From Candidatus Omnitrophota bacterium (GTDB lineage Bacteria > Omnitrophota > Gorgyraeia > 2-01-FULL-45-10), in NCBI GenBank assembly GCA_023818895.1, contig JAMWCX010000004.1:21947-53946 (forward strand): 32,000 bases of DNA. The letters are read 5' to 3'. The notes under the pieces were generated by a model. The model was not told the DNA's origin. It did not search any database and saw only the letters and a list, made by a program, of their open reading frames with translations. Made by a program: the position numbers and the translations under genes. The number at the start of each line of letters is the position of its first letter. Within the stretch, counting starts at the first letter, position 1. Below, one piece after another: positions 26,188-32,000 of this stretch.

Positions 26188-26817
26188 TTAATTTTTTAAT
26201 GAAGCGATTTCTTGTTTGATCTCTTCAATTACTTCTGTATTATAAATTTTTTTCTTATCGCCTTCTTTCACAGAAATTACATAAAAAACTTTTCCGCCAT
26301 ATTTAGCAGTAAATTTCTTATGAGTCGCTTCTTGATTCTTTCTTTCGTTTATAATCTGAGTTATAAATGCATATCCTGCCGGTTTTATTTGTAGTCCAAT
26401 AAATTTATCTTTTATCTTAATAAAGAAATCTACATTAAATAACCTATCCCATTCATCTGGTGCTGGTTCAATTTTCACACCCAGAATATCTTGGAGTTGC
26501 TCATAGATTGTTTTCTTTTCTGTCATATAGCCGTCAAAAGTCCGGTTTATAACAAGGTTGACAACGTAATTTATACAATCTTCTTCTGTAATATCATCGA
26601 TCTCGGCTCGTAAAACCTCGGTTATTTTTACATAAAGCTTCTTGCCTATTTCAATAAGATGCTCTTTAGGATAAACTTTTTTAAAATAATAATCTTCCCA
26701 ATCTTTAACGGTTTTTGGTGAACATTTTCTAATTTCGTCGGAAACCGCGCCAACCATTCTTTTTTTCTGGAGACCCCAGCGATTTATTGCGCTATTTAAA
26801 ATCCATTCTTTAGGCAT
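26188..26817 (-). CDS. putative type II restriction endonuclease (PD-(D/E)xK-like)
   Basis: 209 aa, overlapping the methyltransferase stop by 8 bp. A candidate catalytic core is NVDFFIKIKDKFIGLQIKP (D...Q-x-K). It is reminiscent of the MjaI-type family, but this is from memory and unverified. Confidence 0.55.
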   Translation of the reverse strand: MPKEWILNSAINRWGLQKKRMVGAVSDEIRKCSPKTVKDWEDYYFKKVYPKEHLIEIGKKLYVKITEVLRAEIDDITEEDCINYVVNLVINRTFDGYMTEKKTIYEQLQDILGVKIEPAPDEWDRLFNVDFFIKIKDKFIGLQIKPAGYAFITQIINERKNQEATHKKFTAKYGGKVFYVISVKEGDKKKIYNTEVIEEIKQEIASLKN

Positions 26818-28162
26818 GGACTAATCCTTTCTCTTCCCAGACGCCCACCTTAGCTTGCATCGCTTCTTCTTCATATTTCATAAATCTATCTTTATATTGA
26901 AAATCTATTCTTCTATTACATTTTGCAAAACCATTCAATATTAATTTGGCATTCAGAAAAGTTTTATTAGTTAAATATACATAAGCTAAAAGATTTTTCT
27001 TATCGTCAAACTTTTCGCTATCGTATTTAAGAAATACCCTGTTCCCAGATATAAGGTTTTTTAGAAAGCAAATTGCCTTTTCTTTAAAAATAGGATTATC
27101 GGAAGGTATAACGCCCAAAAGTTTAACTTTTAAACCTGAGTCAAGAATTATTTCGTCTGGTTGCGGTATAGAAATTATTCTAAAAGTATCTTCTCTTTCT
27201 TGCTTGCCATTTAAATCTATAACGGTACCAAATTTGAATTTTTTGGGGTCGGCTAATCTTTCTATGTGGTTATTATTCTGTATCTCTGGAACTTTTTTCT
27301 CTTCTTTCTCTTTTTTGGGCATTTCTTTCTGATATATTATCTCATAGTCAAAATCTTCCTTATATAATGAATGGCCTTTTTGTATGCCGATTTTCTTTTT
27401 TATTACATCTAAAAAATCATTATTTATTTCATAGCCAATCGAATTTCTCCCCAAATCTAATGCCGCTTTTGAGGTTGTGCCGCTTCCTAAAAATGGGTCC
27501 AAGACCGTATCGCCATAAAAACTGAACATCTTTATTAAACGCCGGGGTAACTCTAGGGGGAACATAGCAATATGACCGTCTTGCTTTTCGCCAGGGAAGT
27601 TCCAATGGCCGTTAAAATACTCATTCCATTCTTCCTGTGTTAGTTTAGATTTTTCTTTTATCTCCTTAGAAACTTTTGGATCTTTGCCTAATTTCTTAAA
27701 AACTAAAATAAACTCATAGTCTATTTTAATTATCCCGCCTCTCGGATAAGGATAAGAACCCATAACCGTTGCGCCGCCAGTTGTTTTACATGTGGTAACT
27801 TTCTGCCAGATTATAGCACCCATATAATCAAAACCTATTGACTCGCAATATTTCGTAATTTCTGTACGTATAGGAATAACTTTATATCTCCCATAAATAA
27901 CTGCGCGCGCAAATTGATCTCCTATATTTACACACAATCTGCAACCAGGATGAAGTACTCTATAACATTCATACCAAACCTTATTTAGATTATTGATATA
28001 GTCTTGGTAGGAATCATTAAATCCTATTTGGTCTTTGGCTCCGTAATCCTTTAATTGCCAATACGGCGGCGACGTTATAACAAGATGCGCCGATGCATCT
28101 TTTATCTCATCCATATGCCGCGAGTCGCCAATAATTATTTTATGCCAGGTTTTTTCTTTCAT
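26810..28162 (-). CDS. beta-class N4-cytosine/N6-adenine DNA methyltransferase fused to a C-terminal SNase-like (thermonuclease/OB-fold) domain
   Basis: 450 aa. Motif IV SPPYW comes before motif I DPFLGSGTT, which is the beta-class order, and SPPY favours m4C. The C-terminal ~140 aa align by eye to staphylococcal nuclease (VKLLGVIPS vs RLLLVDTPE; NLLAYVYL vs RGLAYIYA; GFAK vs GLAK; GVWE vs NIWS). Confidence 0.8.
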   Translation of the reverse strand: MKEKTWHKIIIGDSRHMDEIKDASAHLVITSPPYWQLKDYGAKDQIGFNDSYQDYINNLNKVWYECYRVLHPGCRLCVNIGDQFARAVIYGRYKVIPIRTEITKYCESIGFDYMGAIIWQKVTTCKTTGGATVMGSYPYPRGGIIKIDYEFILVFKKLGKDPKVSKEIKEKSKLTQEEWNEYFNGHWNFPGEKQDGHIAMFPLELPRRLIKMFSFYGDTVLDPFLGSGTTSKAALDLGRNSIGYEINNDFLDVIKKKIGIQKGHSLYKEDFDYEIIYQKEMPKKEKEEKKVPEIQNNNHIERLADPKKFKFGTVIDLNGKQEREDTFRIISIPQPDEIILDSGLKVKLLGVIPSDNPIFKEKAICFLKNLISGNRVFLKYDSEKFDDKKNLLAYVYLTNKTFLNAKLILNGFAKCNRRIDFQYKDRFMKYEEEAMQAKVGVWEEKGLVHA

Positions 28163-28371
28163 TTCTTGTTATTTCTCTTACGCCCTGTTAACTCATCAAT
28201 GGTAATATTAAAAACATCTGCCAACTTAGAAAGAGTCTCAAAAGTAGGATTATTTGACTTACCTGACTCAATTTTTACCAATGTATTATAGGGAATGTCG
28301 GCTAATCTGGCGAGTTTATCTTGAGAGAGTTTTCTTTGTTTTCTTAATCTTCTTAGATTAACAGATAACAT
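28159..28371 (-). CDS. XRE-family HTH controller (C) protein of the R-M cassette
   Basis: 70 aa: LRKQRKLSQDKLARLADIPYNTLVKIESGKSNNPTFETLSKLADVF. It has an ATGA overlap with the methyltransferase start and is the first gene of the cassette. Confidence 0.75.
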   Translation of the reverse strand: MLSVNLRRLRKQRKLSQDKLARLADIPYNTLVKIESGKSNNPTFETLSKLADVFNITIDELTGRKRNNKK

Positions 28372-28482
28372 TACTTGACTTTAATCTTTTATATGGTATT
28401 ATATTACCAGCCATAAATAGCGCTTATTCTTTAGTTATATTATACAACAAATTAACTAAAAATAAATCAAATTTTTCTCCTT
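28372..28482. promoter_or_regulatory. R-M control region with divergent overlapping promoters and inverted repeats
   Basis: On the + strand there is TTGACT (28375-28380), a 16-nt spacer containing an extended TG, then TATTAT (28397-28402). On the minus strand there is TATAAT (28403-28398) with a poor -35, 27 nt upstream of the C-gene ATG. Both -10 boxes lie inside the imperfect palindrome ggtattatattacc (28395-28408). A further inverted repeat TTAGTTA-N15-TAACTAA lies at 28431-28459. Confidence 0.45.
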
Positions 28483-28983
28483 CAAAATTTTGCCAGATAG
28501 ATTTTATAGGGGCGGGCGTGGTGCGAGCACGCCCGCCCCTTGAGGTTGTTTGTTATTTGAAAAAAATTTGTCTTCTTCTTTCTCCCTCTCCCTGAGGAGA
28601 AGGGGCATTTCTTTGATTTAGAGTTTCTTTAGGGGGAGAGGTTACGCTTTTCCGCTGCCGTCCCTCTGGGGGACGGCACGCTTAGCGGAAAGGGGGCATA
28701 AAGCGAGCCTCTATTTTAGGAAGTATCCGAGCGCTATAACACGCATGCTCGGGAGCAAACAAAAGCTTTCGGCTCAAGCAATGAGCGCGAGCCTAATAAA
28801 CAATTAAACTTTGGCGGTAGAAGTTTCTGATTTCGTCGCAAGAACACCGCCAGTTGAGACGAATGTCCGTTTCGGCGACGAGAGAGAACGGATATTTATA
28901 AGAAATAGATAGAGTTACATCTTTTAGCGTTAGGTTCGAGCCGCAAATTTTCAAAAAATCTTTTTTGGGGCTTAAAATTTCCT
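28483..28983 (-). repeat. intact, inverted copy of X-core-Y (spare attP-like site with long flanks)
   Basis: 28483-28846 is the reverse complement of Y (25813-26177). 28847-28855 is the core ccgccagtt. 28856-28983 is the reverse complement of X (30394-30521) with 1 mismatch. Confidence 0.95.
28509..28539 (+). terminator. second copy of the GC hairpin, oriented to stop plus-strand transcription
   Basis: The hairpin is ggggcgggcgtg, a 7-nt loop, then cacgcccgcccc, followed by ttgaggttgtttgttatttg on the + strand. Confidence 0.55.
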
Positions 28984-29087
28984 TTTCGCTCTTCGAGCGA
29001 ATAAGAAAATTTTTGAGGTTAATCGCGACCTCAAAAAATTTCTTTGCCAAGCGACAGAACTTTTAATTCTTATAAGGAGGTTTTGCC

Positions 29088-30959
29088 ATGCCAAAATATT
29101 ACATATACGCCCGCAAGTCAACGGATGATGAGGATAGGCAAATTTTATCTATTGAATCGCAACTAAATGAACTAAGGGAATACGCTAAACGAGAAAATCT
29201 GTTTATAATGGAAGAGTTCATTGAAACAAAGACCGCTAAGAAACCCGGCAGACCTATCTTTGATTTTATGGTTAAACAGATTGAAGCGGGCGTAGCTGAC
29301 GGTATTTTGGCATGGCATACAGACAGGCTTGCCCGTAATTCTGTGGACGGTGGGAAGATAATCTACCTTGTAGATATCGGGAAAATTGCCGATCTACGCT
29401 TCCCCACCTTCCGCTTTGATACCTCTGCACAAGGCAAGTTTATGCTTTCTATCGCTTTCGGACAAAGTAAATACTATGTTGATAGTCTCTCTGAGAATAT
29501 CAAACGTGGGATGAGAGAAAAATTAAGGCGTGGTATCTGGCCTAATTGGGCACTGCTTGGTTATCTAAACAACTACAAGGAACACAATATCTACCCCGAT
29601 CCCGAAAAGGGGCCGTTTGTAAGGAAAATATTTGAGCTCTACGCAACCGGAAACTATACACTCCAATCTATGACCAATGAAATCCAGCACTGGGGCCTTG
29701 TGGGTAGCTTGGGCAAGCCTGTCTGTAAATCTCAACTGGCAAGGTTACTAAGGAATCCCATTTATTACGGTGTCTTTAGATTCAACGGTGAACTTTACGA
29801 GGCGAGCCACCCGCCGATTATCTCTAAGAAACTTTTTGATAGCGTCCAGGCTGTCTTAGATAACCGCCACAGAAATCATAAGCCAGCGGAAATAAAATAC
29901 GCTTTTACCGGATTAATGAGGTGTGAATACTGCGGTTGCGCTATTACCGCAGAGAAACAGAAAGGCCATATTTATTACCGCTGTACCAAGAAAAAAGGGC
30001 CGTGCGCCAGCAAAAAGTTTCTTAGAGAAGAGGCTTTGCTTTCCCAAGTAAACGAAGCGATCAAAAAAGTTTATATAGACGATTCAACAAAAGACAAAAT
30101 GATTAACCGCCTTGATGAACTATTCCAAGAGGAAAGCAAAGCCTCTTCTTCTCTATCTCAGGAAGTTAAAAACCGCATCATCGAATTTGATGCAAAACTT
30201 GAGCGACTCGTTGACATCTTCATTGACCGCCAGATTACTCAAGAGGAATACACCAAAAGGAAGGCAAAACTGCTCAACGATAAGAAGGATTTAGAAGGGA
30301 AACTCAAAGAGATAGAGAAAAGCGGCGGCGGGTGGCTCGAACCGGCAAAACAATTCGTAACTACTTGCAATAGAGCGAGTTCTGTCGCTTGGCAGGAAAT
30401 TTTAAGCCCCAAAAAAGATTTTTTGAAAATTTGCGGTTCGAACCTAACGCTAAAAGATGTAACTCTATCTATTTCTTATAAATATCCGTTCTCTCTCGTC
30501 GCCGAAACGGACATTCGTCTCAACTGGCGGAGAGATAGGGATTCGAACCCTAGGACCGCTTTTGGCAGTCATACGCTCTCCAGGCGTACCCGTTCAACCG
30601 CTCCGGCATCTCTCCGCTTAAAATTACAAAAATCTTCTAAAAGAACTTTTCCAGTACCGCTAAAAGCTTTTCATTCAAAACAAAATTTTTTGTCCGCCAG
30701 GAGGATATCATCTGCGACCGGTACTTCGGCCAGCACGCGGCAAAAGTCTCCATGCCGGTGGCGGGGCCGTTACGGTTCACCCACGGCGGGTTCTTCGTAT
30801 AACGAAATATCCCGTCGGGCTGGATGCCGTTCGCCACGCTCTTATAAGTCCAGTACGCCCAGCTCCAGCCAAAGCCCTCGAAAATACTCACAACATCCTC
30901 CACCCATCTCGTCTCACCGTAATGGCCGCCGCGCCAATGCACGCCAAATTCGCCTATGA
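29088..30959 (+). CDS. large serine recombinase (integrase). The element-encoded part ends at 30530; the remaining 142 codons are read-through across tRNA-Ser and antisense GH5
   Basis: AAGGAGG lies 7 nt before the ATG. The N-terminal resolvase domain has the catalytic Ser in YARKSTDDEDRQILSIESQ. This is followed by the recombinase domain (RGIWPNWALLGY, LRNPIYYGVF), a zinc ribbon (CEYCGCAI...YYRCTKKKGPC) and a long coiled coil. Confidence 0.9.
   Translation: MPKYYIYARKSTDDEDRQILSIESQLNELREYAKRENLFIMEEFIETKTAKKPGRPIFDFMVKQIEAGVADGILAWHTDRLARNSVDGGKIIYLVDIGKIADLRFPTFRFDTSAQGKFMLSIAFGQSKYYVDSLSENIKRGMREKLRRGIWPNWALLGYLNNYKEHNIYPDPEKGPFVRKIFELYATGNYTLQSMTNEIQHWGLVGSLGKPVCKSQLARLLRNPIYYGVFRFNGELYEASHPPIISKKLFDSVQAVLDNRHRNHKPAEIKYAFTGLMRCEYCGCAITAEKQKGHIYYRCTKKKGPCASKKFLREEALLSQVNEAIKKVYIDDSTKDKMINRLDELFQEESKASSSLSQEVKNRIIEFDAKLERLVDIFIDRQITQEEYTKRKAKLLNDKKDLEGKLKEIEKSGGGWLEPAKQFVTTCNRASSVAWQEILSPKKDFLKICGSNLTLKDVTLSISYKYPFSLVAETDIRLNWRRDRDSNPRTAFGSHTLSRRTRSTAPASLRLKLQKSSKRTFPVPLKAFHSKQNFLSARRISSATGTSASTRQKSPCRWRGRYGSPTAGSSYNEISRRAGCRSPRSYKSSTPSSSQSPRKYSQHPPPISSHRNGRRANARQIRL
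30394..30530 (+). repeat. X arm + core (right, attR-like end); it encodes the recombinase C-terminus
   Basis: The reverse complement of 28847-28983 matches with 1 mismatch (ggttcg vs ggctcg), which is synonymous in the recombinase frame. Confidence 0.95.
30525..30615 (-). tRNA. tRNA-Ser (anticodon GGA), class II with a long variable arm and encoded CCA
   Basis: Hand-folded sequence GGAGAGA-TG-CCG-GAGCGGTTGAA-CGG-G-TACGC-CTGGAGA-GCGTA-TGACTGCCAAAAGCGGTC-C-TAGGG-TTCGAAT-CCCTA-TCTCTCC-G-CCA. All stems pair, with one G-U pair in the variable arm. Confidence 0.9.
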
Positions 30960-31857
30960 ATATCGGCACGCCCAGCTTTTGCTGAAGCATGTGATATGGC
31001 CTGGCGATAAGCTCTATCCTACCTTTAGTCCACATTATATTATGCGCCCTGCCCGGATAAATTAAATCTTTCTCGAGTCCGAAGACGTAATCAATGGGCA
31101 GATACGCGTGGACGCTGAAGGCCGTGTTGCTGTCAGAAGGCTTGCCGAGAAATCCGAGGCGCTTGCCGAACATGTTGCCTTCTAGCAATATCATATGTTT
31201 TTGGTCGACGTCCCGTATCTCCCTCGTGACGCCCTCATACAGCTCTTTAAGCTGGTTCTCCCTTTCTATATCTATGACCGGTTCGTTAAGTACATCATAT
31301 GCCGCTATGTTACTCGCATCTTTATAATGCGTCGCGAGGAAATGCCATAGCCTGTAATAGCGGTCCCTATTGTATTCGTTATCGAAAAATTCGGGCTTTC
31401 CAACACAGTCGGAATGCCAATCCGGGTTCTGCGCGCCTGGCGCGGCGTGCATGTCAATTATGCAGTAGAGCTGGTGTTTCTCGCACCATCTGACGACTTT
31501 ATCTAGGCAAGAGAGCCCTTCCTCATTCAGGCTATAAGGTCTGTCCTCGAACTCAATTATCCTGTAATTGAAAGGCACCCGAATGCAATTGGCGCCCCAC
31601 TCCTTTATCGTTACGATATCATCTTCCCGGATAAAATTATCACGGAATGAACGCGTAAAGTCCTTGTGCGCCTCGGCTCCGAGGGCTTTTTCAAAATCAG
31701 CCCTGAACACTTTTTCTGGGATATGCCTGCCGCCAAGAATATAACCTTCCATGAGAAGCCATGAGCCTAGGTTAACACCGCGCAAAGTTACGGGCTTTCC
31801 CGCCTCATCGACAATCTTGGTTCCGGATGTTTTAAGGAATGGTAGTTTTTTTAGCAT
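30637..31857 (-). CDS. glycoside hydrolase family 5 (cellulase/beta-mannanase-like)
   Basis: 406 aa with RGVNLGSWL, the acid/base motif VLNEP and the nucleophile motif FIGEFG. No signal peptide is evident. Confidence 0.8.
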   Translation of the reverse strand: MLKKLPFLKTSGTKIVDEAGKPVTLRGVNLGSWLLMEGYILGGRHIPEKVFRADFEKALGAEAHKDFTRSFRDNFIREDDIVTIKEWGANCIRVPFNYRIIEFEDRPYSLNEEGLSCLDKVVRWCEKHQLYCIIDMHAAPGAQNPDWHSDCVGKPEFFDNEYNRDRYYRLWHFLATHYKDASNIAAYDVLNEPVIDIERENQLKELYEGVTREIRDVDQKHMILLEGNMFGKRLGFLGKPSDSNTAFSVHAYLPIDYVFGLEKDLIYPGRAHNIMWTKGRIELIARPYHMLQQKLGVPIFIGEFGVHWRGGHYGETRWVEDVVSIFEGFGWSWAYWTYKSVANGIQPDGIFRYTKNPPWVNRNGPATGMETFAACWPKYRSQMISSWRTKNFVLNEKLLAVLEKFF

Positions 31858-32000
31858 AGTTTATTTTAAAAACTGGCGGTACCTTTTGGACAAAATCCGA
31901 ACTTTTTTTGACGAAAATCCGGACATTGATTTTTAATTGTCGCCCTGCGGGCGACAATCCCGCCCAGCGTTTCCGCTCACCTGACGGCGGACAAAACAGA

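Larger units (their letters stand above)
25664..30545. mobile_element. tRNA-Ser-integrated mini-island (large serine recombinase + R-M cassette). Outer limits are the 21-bp direct repeats; inner LSR-type limits are the cores at 25804-25812 and 30522-30530
   Basis: A direct repeat tggcggagagatagggattcg occurs at 25664-25684 and 30525-30545. A 9-nt core aactggcgg occurs three times. The cargo is AT-rich, and the island holds the only real plus-strand gene in the window. Confidence 0.8.

Noticed and set aside
26188-28162. Assigning a recognition sequence (for example CTAG, MjaI-like) to the R-M system
   Set aside because: The endonuclease resemblance is from memory only. CTAG looks scarce in the window, but it is generally depleted in bacteria. 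No specificity can be inferred without REBASE or HMM searches or methylome data.
25813-28846. Phase-variable (on/off) R-M through inversion of the repeat-flanked cassette
   Set aside because: The cassette carries its own promoter region and terminator inside the invertible unit. Flipping would therefore not obviously change expression. Inversion itself remains plausible but is not an on/off switch on present evidence.
28793-29050. 85-aa minus-strand ORF (MAKKFFEVAINLKN...SPKKDFLKICGSNLTLKDV...NWRCSCDEIRNFYRQSLIVY)
   Set aside because: Its C-terminal two-thirds are simply the duplicated 3' end of the recombinase gene (X') read across the intact core into Y. The N-terminal part is translated from a TTG through the hairpin region and has no RBS. 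It is useful as evidence for the native recombinase tail but is probably not a gene.
30531-30959. C-terminal 142 residues of the 623-aa recombinase ORF treated as a genuine domain
   Set aside because: This stretch is R/S/P-rich and low-complexity. It is encoded antisense to tRNA-Ser and to the GH5 gene, and it begins exactly at the recombination core. It is a consequence of the junction and not a conserved domain.
31936-31958. Perfect 10-bp hairpin attgtcgccc-tgc-gggcgacaat as a terminator
   Set aside because: Neither strand has a U-tract after the stem. It lies upstream of the GH5 start at the window edge, and its context is missing.
1-32000. CRISPR arrays, rRNA genes, IS or transposase genes, retron or DGR reverse transcriptases, toxin-antitoxin pairs
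   Set aside because: I looked for regularly spaced short direct repeats, DDE/HUH/RT motifs and small paired ORFs. None was found outside the features listed.

Overview
Chromosomal segment of an unidentified, probably anaerobic diderm bacterium. Nearly every real gene is on the minus strand, and most long plus-strand track ORFs are antisense shadows. Several track ORFs begin with TTG or GTG, so I re-called some starts.

Gene order, left to right:
- A partial AsmA-like gene and a class A beta-lactamase-fold hydrolase.
- A glycerol module: DUF1667, an NAD/FAD oxidoreductase, a GlpA-like FAD dehydrogenase, glpK and a lipase-like alpha/beta hydrolase.
- Small membrane proteins and a STAS protein.
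- A 12.4 kb block of 17 co-directional metal-related genes. It runs from a Fur-family regulator with its own promoter and operator through a DUF5320 protein, two NifX-like proteins, a Dps-like ferritin and a SAM methyltransferase. It continues with two MinD/ferredoxin ATPases, a DUF2099-like protein, an MBL-fold protein and feoAB. It ends with a His/Cys-rich small membrane protein, a porin-like outer-membrane protein and a TroA/ZnuABC-type importer.
- A redox group: tpx, a ferritin-VIT1 fusion, an MBL-rhodanese-DUF2892 fusion and a signal-peptide peroxiredoxin.
- A GH5 glycoside hydrolase at the right end.

The accessory region is 25664-30545, a mini-island at the 3' end of tRNA-Ser(GGA). It carries a large serine recombinase (LSR) and a controller/methyltransferase/endonuclease R-M cassette.

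The main finding is the island's repeat architecture. One ~501-bp sequence (X-core-Y) is intact but inverted inside the element, and it is also split across the two element ends. This gives attL-like, attR-like and spare attP-like sites that all share the core aactggcgg. Each gene cassette is therefore bounded by long, near-perfect inverted repeats. The recombinase frame crosses the crossover point, so its C-terminal tail depends on the recombination state.

No CRISPR array, rRNA gene or transposase was seen.
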